From positions 41,221-105,220 of the forward strand of contig DHLX01000023.1 of assembly GCA_002405475.1 (NCBI GenBank): a stretch of DNA of 64,000 nucleotides, given 5' to 3'. The first letter of the stretch is position 1. Each line of letters begins with the position of its first letter. Positions 1 to 8,530 of this stretch are shown one piece after another. The notes beneath the pieces were generated by a model. That model was given only the letters and a program-made list of their open reading frames with translations. It was not told the origin of the DNA and did not search any database. A program made the translations under genes and the position numbers. This DNA is from Burkholderiales bacterium UBA4657. Its GTDB lineage: Bacteria; Pseudomonadota; Gammaproteobacteria; Burkholderiales; Burkholderiaceae_E.

Positions 1-1154
1 TGGTAGCACGATTTGGTGGAGATGAATTCGCAGTCCTGGTTAACCGTGTTACTGACCTGGCCCAACCGCAGACTGTAGCCCGCCGTATTCTTGAGCATTT
101 ACGCGAGCCATTTGTTGTGAATGGAGTAGAAAACTTTATTTCAGGTTCAGTGGGTATCTCAGTATTTCCCGATGATGGACGTGATGTTGAGACCTTGGTA
201 AGAAATGCCGATGCGGCCATGTATTCGATCAAGGCTCTTGGCCGAAATGATATTCGCAATTATCAACCCGAGCTTTCACAGGAAAGCCGACGTCGTTGGG
301 AAATTGAAAAAGATTTGTATAAAGCTCTTGAGCGAAATGAACTCGAACTATTTTATCAGCCCCAGGTTGATGCCCAACTGGCTCGCATTACTCATGTCGA
401 GGCCCTGATGCGCTGGAGAAGAAATGGTCAGCTTATCAGTCCGAAAGACTTTATACCGCTGGCTCAGGAAAATGGACTTATTATTCCGATGGGTGAGTGG
501 GCTATTAATACGGCCTGTAAGCAAATCAGGGCGTGGCGTGATTCCGGCTACGGTGATATTGGTATCGCAGTGAATATTCCCAGTATTCATATACAGCGCG
601 GTAACCTTCCTGGAGTGGTCCGGCAAGTGGTTAGGCAACACGAGATTCCACCTGAGTTGCTTGAGTTGGAAATTACCGAAACCATGTTGATGCAGGACCT
701 GGCGCAGACAATTGATGTTTTGCAGGAATTAAGCGAGTTTGGTGTCAAGCTGGCGGTGGATGATTTTGGTACCGGGTATTCATCTTTGGCCTATCTGAAA
801 AGATTTCCGATAGATTCTTTGAAAATTGATGGCTCATTTGTACGTGACCTGGAAACCGGGTCGGAAAATGAGGCCATTGTTCAAGCCATATTGGCCTTGG
901 CCAAAACACTTAAATTAAAAGTGGTGGCAGAAGGCGTCGAGACCAGTGATCAGGCCATGTTGCTGGATCAAATTGGCTGTTCTTTCATGCAGGGTTTCTG
1001 GTTTGCCAGACCACAACCGGCAGAAGAAATAGGGCGGCTTTTATCCAGGCAGAGAGTCGAGCCAGTCGTACCGGCTCTGCCTCGTTTTATGCCCAAGGGA
1101 CTACTGGATAATGGTCAGTCGGTATTGATAGTCCCACACGCCAGCCCCCAATAA
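1..1154 (+). CDS. GGDEF/EAL dual-domain c-di-GMP signalling protein (5' partial, runs off window start)
   Basis: Frame 3 is open from nt 3. It encodes ARFGGDEFAVL (GGDEF at nt 15-29), then an EAL domain with HVEALMRW, DDFGTGYSSL and EGVET motifs. The track ORF 117..1154 is the same frame. Confidence 0.9.
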   Translation, partial: VARFGGDEFAVLVNRVTDLAQPQTVARRILEHLREPFVVNGVENFISGSVGISVFPDDGRDVETLVRNADAAMYSIKALGRNDIRNYQPELSQESRRRWEIEKDLYKALERNELELFYQPQVDAQLARITHVEALMRWRRNGQLISPKDFIPLAQENGLIIPMGEWAINTACKQIRAWRDSGYGDIGIAVNIPSIHIQRGNLPGVVRQVVRQHEIPPELLELEITETMLMQDLAQTIDVLQELSEFGVKLAVDDFGTGYSSLAYLKRFPIDSLKIDGSFVRDLETGSENEAIVQAILALAKTLKLKVVAEGVETSDQAMLLDQIGCSFMQGFWFARPQPAEEIGRLLSRQRVEPVVPALPRFMPKGLLDNGQSVLIVPHASPQ

Positions 1155-1219
1155 AAGCATTTTTCACCCATTAATTTGCCATATTGTCGTGACGTGCTTC
1201 AATTGAGAATGTTGGCATT

Positions 1220-2710
1220 ATGAATGACGTACCTGGTGCTGATACTCCTGGTACTGACGATGCCAAGCGTCAGGCTCAAGAGTGGGCGACTCTGATTCAA
1301 CGTTTGGTCAAGGCACTTGAGGCCCCACATGCCGGAATTACTCATGCGCGTAAGCGTGAGGGCTTGTCGCGTTCCTTATTGGTGCGTGACCCTACGGCAG
1401 ATGCTTTACGTGCCAAGCTGACTAGGTTGATCGAATCATGGGGGCAGGTCAATGCGGGTGTCGATGTGGGCGATCTGCGTGGCACTCCGGAGAGTTCTGA
1501 CACTACCCGGTCAAGCCGCAGTTCCCAGGTCGAGCCTGAGTTGCCGCAGAACGCGCCAGGTCTGACCCAGCGCATGATGTCACTCACTCAGAGGAAAAGT
1601 CTGGATACATCCAATTCTCAAAGTAGTATTACAGAACGTTTGAGAACTGGAGTACACAAGATCGAGACCAGTCTCGGGTATGGGGCAATACTGGAACCAG
1701 GGGTCGTTGAAAAAATGCGCAACCTGCTATTGTTGTTGCTAGAAAATGTCGCTCAATTAACCCCAGAAAGTCCCTTGCTGGCACAGCAAATAGACCAGCT
1801 GGGACATACCCTTTCGATGCCGCTGACGGTACGTCGCCTCGAAGAGTCAGAGCGACAGTTACGCTCTTTGATGATCAGGCAAGGAGCTATCAAGCATAGT
1901 ATTGAAGTTGCAAAAAATGCGACCAAAGAGATGCTGGCGGTCCTCATCAAGCGAATAGGACGTATTGGTGACAGTACCGGCCAATATGGTGAAAAAATTG
2001 ATGCGTATGCGGAGCGAATACTTCGTGCCAGAGATCTTCCTGAACTGTCCGATATGGTCAGGCAGCTGCTGGACGATACCCGGGTCATGACGGCCGATAT
2101 GGTGCAGGCACGTGACGACATGGTTGAGTCGCGTCAGCGCCTTAAAGAGCAGGAGCAGCGGGTCGCCCAGCTAGAGCGCGAACTCGAGCGTATCAGTGAA
2201 CTCGTAAAAACCGATCCGCTTACCGAGACACTGAATCGGCGCGGTTTTGAAGAGGCTTATGGTGTGGAGGCGGCACGAGTCGACCGTACACCACAGACGC
2301 CCATCAGCATCGCTCTGCTGGATGTCGATAATTTCAAGCAACTTAACGACCAGTTAGGACATGAGGCCGGTGATCAGGCATTAAAACATCTGGCTTCGGT
2401 ATTAAAAGATCTGTTACGCCCGACTGATGCGGTCGGGCGTTATGGTGGCGAGGAATTCGCTTTGTTATTGCCAGGGCTGGGGGTACAACAGGCCGCAGAG
2501 ATAATGATTCGCATGCAACGCGAATTGACCAAGCGCATTTTCCTGCATCAAAATCAGAAAACTTTGATTACTTTTTCAGCAGGAGTGGCCCAGGTTGATA
2601 TTAATCTTGGTTTGACTGAGGCCTTACGCCGTTGTGATGCTTCCATGTACGAAGCCAAGCGCACAGGCAAGAATCGAGTATTGACCGCCCCCATGCCTGT
2701 TAGCGCCTGA
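1220..2710 (+). CDS. diguanylate cyclase (GGDEF domain) with long N-terminal coiled-coil/sensor region
   Basis: C-terminal DPLTETLNRRGFEE...LLDVDNFKQLND...RYGGEEFALLL. An RPTD (RxxD I-site) lies 5 residues upstream of GGEEF. Confidence 0.9.
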   Translation: MNDVPGADTPGTDDAKRQAQEWATLIQRLVKALEAPHAGITHARKREGLSRSLLVRDPTADALRAKLTRLIESWGQVNAGVDVGDLRGTPESSDTTRSSRSSQVEPELPQNAPGLTQRMMSLTQRKSLDTSNSQSSITERLRTGVHKIETSLGYGAILEPGVVEKMRNLLLLLLENVAQLTPESPLLAQQIDQLGHTLSMPLTVRRLEESERQLRSLMIRQGAIKHSIEVAKNATKEMLAVLIKRIGRIGDSTGQYGEKIDAYAERILRARDLPELSDMVRQLLDDTRVMTADMVQARDDMVESRQRLKEQEQRVAQLERELERISELVKTDPLTETLNRRGFEEAYGVEAARVDRTPQTPISIALLDVDNFKQLNDQLGHEAGDQALKHLASVLKDLLRPTDAVGRYGGEEFALLLPGLGVQQAAEIMIRMQRELTKRIFLHQNQKTLITFSAGVAQVDINLGLTEALRRCDASMYEAKRTGKNRVLTAPMPVSA

Positions 2711-2717
2711 CAGCAAT

Positions 2718-3773
2718 TTACTTCCAGCCCACACGATCCAGTATTTTTTGTGCTTCAATCGTATTGCGTGCAATTTGCTGTACCGAAATTTTTTCTGCCG
2801 TGAATGTCCCCAATGATTCCAGCTCGGGGTTTCGTGCCACGGCTGTTCTCACTGCCGGCCACTCGTTATTGCCGTTGGCGAAGTAGGCCTGGGCTTCATC
2901 ACTGGCCAGATATTCCAGGAATTTTACCGCTGCGTCGCGGTTCGGTGCGTTACGAGCGACTCCGCCCCCCGAGATATTGACATGCGTTCCCCCTGACTTC
3001 TGATTCGGCCATACCATACCGATCCTGCTGACCAGCTCACGATCTTTGGCATCACTAGAGCGCATCAAACGTACCCAATAATAGGTATTACCGATAGCGA
3101 TCTGACACTCGCCAGCGCCAACAGCACGTAATTGGTCAGTATCGCCACCGCGCGGTGGGCGGGCGAAATTGGCTACTACCCCTTTCGCCCAATCCTCTGC
3201 CGCTTTGCTACCGAGACGTTCAACCATGCTGCCAATTAATGACAGCATGTACGGGTGCGTGCCTGATCGTGTACAGACCTTACCCTTGTTTTTGATATCG
3301 GCCAGTTCTTCATAGGTATCAACTTCCTCAGGCCTGATTTTAGCTTTGTCATAAAAAATGACACGCGCGCGACTGGAAAATCCAAACCATTCACTGCCTT
3401 TACCCTCATTTCTTGAACGCATCGACTCAGGAATGCGGCTTTCCAGCACCCTGGAGCTGATAGGCTGAAACAGACCATCAATCTGGGCTTTCCATAAACG
3501 GGCCGCATCAACCAGCAAAATGACATCGGCAGGACTGTTGCGACCCTCATTCCTCAGCCGTTCCAGCAATGCCTCGTCACCCAACTCTATGCGATTCATT
3601 TTGATACCAGTTTGGCGGGTGAAATTGGCATACAGAGCCTCATCCGTGTTGTAATGACGTGCGCTGTATAGATTCAGGACTTTTTCCTGCGCCGATAATG
3701 GCGTCGAGAGCAATAAAGAACTGGAAAGCATTGCGGCGGCTAAACCAAGAAAGTTTTTCATAGATAAATCCAT
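2718..3773 (-). CDS. periplasmic Fe(3+)-binding protein of an ABC transporter (FbpA/AfuA-like)
   Basis: Signal peptide, then LNLYSARHYNTDEALY and the ...GNTYYW... motifs typical of ferric-binding SBPs. A Fur-box-like site lies upstream. The start could instead be the Met at 3761. Confidence 0.75.
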   Translation of the reverse strand: MDLSMKNFLGLAAAMLSSSLLLSTPLSAQEKVLNLYSARHYNTDEALYANFTRQTGIKMNRIELGDEALLERLRNEGRNSPADVILLVDAARLWKAQIDGLFQPISSRVLESRIPESMRSRNEGKGSEWFGFSSRARVIFYDKAKIRPEEVDTYEELADIKNKGKVCTRSGTHPYMLSLIGSMVERLGSKAAEDWAKGVVANFARPPRGGDTDQLRAVGAGECQIAIGNTYYWVRLMRSSDAKDRELVSRIGMVWPNQKSGGTHVNISGGGVARNAPNRDAAVKFLEYLASDEAQAYFANGNNEWPAVRTAVARNPELESLGTFTAEKISVQQIARNTIEAQKILDRVGWK

Positions 3774-3836
3774 GGGTTGGTTGAAAATCAGGAGCTGACA
3801 GTCATTACCATAATGACCTCATTCAATAATCTAATT

Positions 3837-3855
3837 ATAAACGATAATCATTATC
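3837..3855. promoter_or_regulatory. candidate Fur box in the divergent fbpA-like / patatin-like intergenic region
   Basis: ATAAACGATAATCATTATC matches 15 of 19 positions of the GATAATGATAATCATTATC consensus, counted by eye. It sits about 65 nt upstream of the iron-SBP start. Confidence 0.55.
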
Positions 3856-3868
3856 ATTTGCAAATAAC

Positions 3869-4789
3869 ATGATTTTCAATCCACGTTTTCTCTTGGTCTT
3901 TTGCCTTGTTGCTGGGCTGGTCGCCTGTACGCCCGGAAAAATGGTGACTAAACCTGACAGTCTGCCGCCCTTATCTGGAACCACACCTGTTACGCCTGCT
4001 GCTCCGACACCCAAGGTGCCGAAAGTTGCTTTGGCTTTGGGTGGCGGCGCAGCGCGCGGTTTTGCCCATATTGGCGTGATCAAGATACTGGAAGCACACA
4101 ACATAAAAGTTGAAATCATTGCCGGTACCAGCGCTGGCAGCGTGGTGGGGAGTTTGTATGCTTCCGGGCTCAATGCCTTCGAACTGCAGCAGATGGCATT
4201 ACGCATGGATGAGAGTGTTTTTGCCGACTGGACACTGGGAAACCGTGGCATGTTTCGTGGTGAAGCCCTGCAACAGTGGGTGAATCAGCAAATGAATCAG
4301 CGTGTGATCGAGCAGTTACCTCGAAAACTTGGTATTACTGCTACTGACCTGGCGAGTGGTGAGGCTATCTTGTTTCAGCGCGGTAATATTGGCATCGCGG
4401 TACGTGCCTCGTCTTCTGTACCTGGGGTATTTACACCGGTCGCCATCAATGGTCGCGAGTATGTCGATGGAGGTCTGACCGCTCCAGTGCCGGTTCAAGC
4501 GGCGCGCAGTATGGGTGGTGATATTGTCATCGCTGTCGATATATCGACTGAGCCAGGTGGCCAGACCACCCAAAGTGTGACTGAGTTGCTGCTACAGACT
4601 TTCGCCATCATGGGGCGTGCAATTAACCGTCATGAGTTGAGCGGCGCCGATATTGTGATTCGCCCTGTTCTGAATACCAGGGGTACAGATTTTTCCGCGC
4701 GGCATTTGGCTATTTTGGCTGGAGAGCAGGCCGCTCTGGCGGCTCTGCCAAAAATCAAGCAGAGGCTAGGTGAGAAATCCACACCCTGA
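3869..4789 (+). CDS. patatin-like phospholipase (RssA-like), lipoprotein-type N-terminus
   Basis: GGGAARGFAHIGV oxyanion motif, GTSAGS nucleophile motif, DGG near the catalytic Asp. N-terminal LVAGLVAC lipobox. Confidence 0.85.
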   Translation: MIFNPRFLLVFCLVAGLVACTPGKMVTKPDSLPPLSGTTPVTPAAPTPKVPKVALALGGGAARGFAHIGVIKILEAHNIKVEIIAGTSAGSVVGSLYASGLNAFELQQMALRMDESVFADWTLGNRGMFRGEALQQWVNQQMNQRVIEQLPRKLGITATDLASGEAILFQRGNIGIAVRASSSVPGVFTPVAINGREYVDGGLTAPVPVQAARSMGGDIVIAVDISTEPGGQTTQSVTELLLQTFAIMGRAINRHELSGADIVIRPVLNTRGTDFSARHLAILAGEQAALAALPKIKQRLGEKSTP

Positions 4790-4815
4790 AATGGCACTTA
4801 CGCCTTGAGTCCAGC

Positions 4816-5430
4816 CTATTGGCTGAGATCATTCGGCTGATCGAGTCGTCGTGCGCCATTCCAGCGTTGTTGCCAGTAAGGAATGTCAATACTCTCAATT
4901 CGGACTTGACCGCCAGAACTCGGGGCATGCAGAAACCGCCCGTCACCCAGATAGATGCCGACATGGGAATAGGCTCGGCGTAGCGTATTGAAAAACACCA
5001 GATCACCAGGTCTGAGCTGGTCACGTGACACTTCCTTGCCGGCGTCTGCAATTTGTTCGGAACGTCTGGGCAGCATGATGCCCCAGGTGCGATTAAATAC
5101 CCAACGAACCAGACCAGAACAGTCAAAGCCTTTATCGGGATTGTCTCCGCCATATTTGTATCGAACACCGAGGTGGGATAAGGCGTAAAAGATCATCTCG
5201 TTGGCACGCTCGGTTGCACTGCCCAGTAGCGTTGTTTTTTCGGGTGTAATCTCGCCAGCCGTCATGAATTCTTCCCAACCGGCCGGCGTCGTGGGCAGCT
5301 TGCTGCTGGCCGTACCACTGGTAGAGTTGACCGGCACATTCCTCGGTTCGGCCAGCGTAAGATTGCCGATGGAGCCCGTCATAATGACGAAAAACACCAC
5401 GCTCAATCGCTTTATTTTTTGCAAAGCCAT
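4816..5430 (-). CDS. NlpC/P60 (C40) family cell-wall peptidase
   Basis: Signal peptide. YKYGGDNPDKGFDCSGLVRWVF (catalytic Cys context) and HVGIYLGDGRFLHAP (His). Confidence 0.85.
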   Translation of the reverse strand: MALQKIKRLSVVFFVIMTGSIGNLTLAEPRNVPVNSTSGTASSKLPTTPAGWEEFMTAGEITPEKTTLLGSATERANEMIFYALSHLGVRYKYGGDNPDKGFDCSGLVRWVFNRTWGIMLPRRSEQIADAGKEVSRDQLRPGDLVFFNTLRRAYSHVGIYLGDGRFLHAPSSGGQVRIESIDIPYWQQRWNGARRLDQPNDLSQ

Positions 5431-5539
5431 CCCTATGCCTGTAGATTAGTCGCTTTTATAAGGGTAGGGCAAAGTCATATTTGTGTCAAAGACCACAATA
5501 CGGCTGCCGTTTTTGTCATGGTCAGTGTAAGCTCGAATC

Positions 5540-6688
5540 ATGGAACAGATCAAGGATAGTCCCGGAACGGTCAATCTCAAGTCGCTGCTTACCCAGGTCA
5601 AAGTGCTGATCATTGATGATTCACGATTTATTCGCGCCTCGGTAGCTAAACATTTGCACGGTCAGTATCCCTATGCAGAAGAGGAAGATGGCGAGGCCGG
5701 CTGGGCGCGCATTAATTCAGACAGCGAGGTCAGGGTGGTCATTTCAGATATCCAGATGCCGAACCTGGATGGTTTTGGCCTGCTGCGCCGTATTCGGGCA
5801 TCGAATGACCCACGCATTAAAGATTTGCCTGTAATAATCATTTCTGGCAGCAAGGAAGAGGCGCAGAAAGCCGCTGAATTGGGTGCGACCGAATTCATTA
5901 CCAAATCCGTTGGTGCGACGGAACTTTTATCACGGCTTAAAGTTTTGCTCAAACTGGCAGACGCGCTGCCCGCAGTGGCAAAGGCTGAATTGACTACTGA
6001 CGGCATCAAGACGGAGGCCGAATTGATCCTGGAATCACAACGCATGTGGTCGTTTTCAAGACGCCACGCGATGAATCTGGTGTTAATCAGTGTACGGCTC
6101 GATCCGCTACCTGAGCTGGAACCTGTCATGCCGCAGGTACGCGACAAGCTGGTTCATAAAATACTGGACTTTATCGGACGAACCCTGCTGAAAACCATAC
6201 GGCAGGAGGACGCACTAGGGCGATTACCGGACAATGAATTTGTCCTGGCTGCCATGGGCATTTCACCGACTGCGGCCCATAAGTTTGCGCAGCGATTGTT
6301 GCAGGCCATAGCGCGTAGCCGGATCAGCTATGAAGGTCGTGATCTTGGCGTGAGCGCCAGCATCGGCATTGCAACTTCTTCCGATATCGCCATAGACAAA
6401 GCGGAAGAACTCATCAGGCTCGCATCAGAACGCAGCCGTATAGCGCAGGATGCCGGTGGTCAGCGCGTGCTTGATTTGTCCGAGTATGAAAAACTGACAG
6501 GCGTATCTGCGTCAGTTCAAATGACAAATCCATGCATGACACTGACAGAGGCTTTGAGCCTGATTGCGCAGGGTAATGATCAGGCAGTGCTTCCTTCTCT
6601 ACAGCACCTGATGAACAGCATTCAGCCGCTGCTGCAGCTTGCCGCCAAACAGCAACTGCAGACAAAAGATAATGTCACGAAAGGATGA
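5540..6688 (+). CDS. response regulator receiver fused to a degenerate GGDEF-like domain
   Basis: REC domain (VLIIDDS...VISDIQMPNLDGFGLL...IIISG). In the C-terminal GGDEF fold the signature reads LGRLPDNEFVL, not GGDEF. Confidence 0.8.
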   Translation: MEQIKDSPGTVNLKSLLTQVKVLIIDDSRFIRASVAKHLHGQYPYAEEEDGEAGWARINSDSEVRVVISDIQMPNLDGFGLLRRIRASNDPRIKDLPVIIISGSKEEAQKAAELGATEFITKSVGATELLSRLKVLLKLADALPAVAKAELTTDGIKTEAELILESQRMWSFSRRHAMNLVLISVRLDPLPELEPVMPQVRDKLVHKILDFIGRTLLKTIRQEDALGRLPDNEFVLAAMGISPTAAHKFAQRLLQAIARSRISYEGRDLGVSASIGIATSSDIAIDKAEELIRLASERSRIAQDAGGQRVLDLSEYEKLTGVSASVQMTNPCMTLTEALSLIAQGNDQAVLPSLQHLMNSIQPLLQLAAKQQLQTKDNVTKG

Positions 6689-7491
6689 ACATGCTACCAG
6701 AGGGTATTGATGCAGGCTGGTTCTGGACTAATGTTTTGACCGCACTCGTATTACCACCCGCGGGTTTGTTATTGGCAATCGTCTTCGGCCTGTTGCTGCT
6801 GGCTAAGCAACGCATCCTGTCGGCTGCGTTGTTCCTGGTCACCGGAATTGGCCTGTTATGGGTTTTATCCACGCCGTGGATGGCGTATCAGTTGCAAGCC
6901 AGTATGGTGACAGATGCACCATTCAGTCTGGAAGATTTCAATGCCTGGAAAGAAGAAGATCGGCCTCAGGCCATAGTGGTTTTGGGAGGTGGACGTAATC
7001 GATCGGCATATGAGCGGCCGGGCGGCGAGGATGTATCTTCCCCTACCCTTGCCCGGATTCGCTATGCCGCAGTTTTGTATCGTGCGACCCGATTGCCCTT
7101 GATGACAACCGGAGGTAAGCCCACTGGAGGTAAACTCGCTGAAGCGGTATTGATGGCTGAAGTGCTGGAACAGGAATTTAAAGTCCCGGTATTACTGGTT
7201 GAGAGCCAGTCTCTGAATACCACACAAAACGCTGTTTTTTCGCGGCCTCTGCTCAGTGCTGCGCGAGTGGATAGGATTTTGCTGGTCACCGACGCGTTTC
7301 ATATGCGCCGCGCGCGCATGGAATTCAGAAATGCTGGCCTTCAGGTCATACCCGCACCCATGGGATTTCGCGGCCTGGAATCTGGCGACCCGAAAAATTA
7401 TTTGCCCACTGCCCGAGGCTTGATGCTGTCGAGTGAGGCCTTGCGTGAATGGCTCGGAATAGCCGTATTCACGCTGCGGCGCAGCATTTAG
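6685..7491 (+). CDS. DUF218 / YdcF(ElyC)-family membrane protein
   Basis: N-terminal TM helices, then AIVVLGGG...TTQNA...ILLVTDAFHMRRA, typical of DUF218. Its start overlaps the upstream stop (ATGA). Confidence 0.75.
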   Translation: MNMLPEGIDAGWFWTNVLTALVLPPAGLLLAIVFGLLLLAKQRILSAALFLVTGIGLLWVLSTPWMAYQLQASMVTDAPFSLEDFNAWKEEDRPQAIVVLGGGRNRSAYERPGGEDVSSPTLARIRYAAVLYRATRLPLMTTGGKPTGGKLAEAVLMAEVLEQEFKVPVLLVESQSLNTTQNAVFSRPLLSAARVDRILLVTDAFHMRRARMEFRNAGLQVIPAPMGFRGLESGDPKNYLPTARGLMLSSEALREWLGIAVFTLRRSI

Positions 7492-7609
7492 CGCTGGTCC
7501 TAATCAGGGTTCTGACTTCGTATTGCACCGTTATCAGGCTAAGATGCAACTTTTCGTGCAGTAGCGGAGTCATTGGCTAGTTAAGTCTTCATCAACAGAG
7601 AGGAAAAAA

Positions 7610-8509
7610 ATGCGGTCATTACGTTTACCTGCGCTTGGCGCTGCAATACTTGGCATCAGCTTACTTGCAGCAAGTTTATCCCTGCATGCTCAAACGCAAA
7701 CCAAGTGTACGTACAAGCCCTCGGTCGGTCAGGCCGGCAAGGATGTGATCTGGGTTCCAACACCAGACAGCGTTGTAGACCGCATGTTGCGCATGGCTGA
7801 GGTAAGCGCCAACGATTATGTGATTGATCTGGGCTCTGGCGATGGCAAAATTGTGATTTATGCTGCGCAAAGATTCAAGGCTAGAGGCCAAGGGATTGAA
7901 TACAACCCGGATATGGTCGATCTGTCACGCTGTCTGGCACGAGAAGCCAAGTTGACCGACGTTGTACGTTTTGATCAGGGCGATATTTTCAAGAGCGATT
8001 TTACCCAGGCCAGTGTCATCACCATGTATCTGTTGCCTTCACTCAACCTGAAATTGCGTCCCATCCTGTTTCAAAAAATGAAACCGGGTACACGCGTGGT
8101 ATCGCATCAGTTCACAATGGGCGATTGGCAACCCGATGAGACTTCGGTAGTGGAGGGTCGATCGAGTTATTTTTGGGTGATTCCTGCCAACGCAGGGGGC
8201 AGCTGGCGTATGAATTGGGGTACCGGGCGCGGCGAGGCTGGCGGTGACTTGAGTATTGATCAGACCTTTCAGAAGATTGAGGGAAAAATACGCTTTGGGG
8301 TCATAGAAGCCACCTTGCGTGAACCCAGATTACGTGGTGAAAACATCAGTTTTGACATGATGGACGAACAAGGCGTACTACGTACTTTCACCGGGCGAAT
8401 TCGCGATAACCGCATGGAAGGAACAGCGACAGGACCCAATAACAGTACCATTGTATTCACAGCGGTACGAAATGGTCCGCCGCCACCGATTCGTGGCGTG
8501 AGCGAGTAA
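7610..8509 (+). CDS. class I SAM-dependent methyltransferase with N-terminal signal peptide and an extra C-terminal domain
   Basis: Signal-like MRSLRLPALGAAILGISLLAASLSLHAQ. SAM motif I VIDLGSGDGKIV. About 130 aa of C-terminal sequence has no motif I recognise. Confidence 0.65.
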   Translation: MRSLRLPALGAAILGISLLAASLSLHAQTQTKCTYKPSVGQAGKDVIWVPTPDSVVDRMLRMAEVSANDYVIDLGSGDGKIVIYAAQRFKARGQGIEYNPDMVDLSRCLAREAKLTDVVRFDQGDIFKSDFTQASVITMYLLPSLNLKLRPILFQKMKPGTRVVSHQFTMGDWQPDETSVVEGRSSYFWVIPANAGGSWRMNWGTGRGEAGGDLSIDQTFQKIEGKIRFGVIEATLREPRLRGENISFDMMDEQGVLRTFTGRIRDNRMEGTATGPNNSTIVFTAVRNGPPPPIRGVSE

Positions 8510-8530
8510 CTTTCAGCACTGGATAATCTT

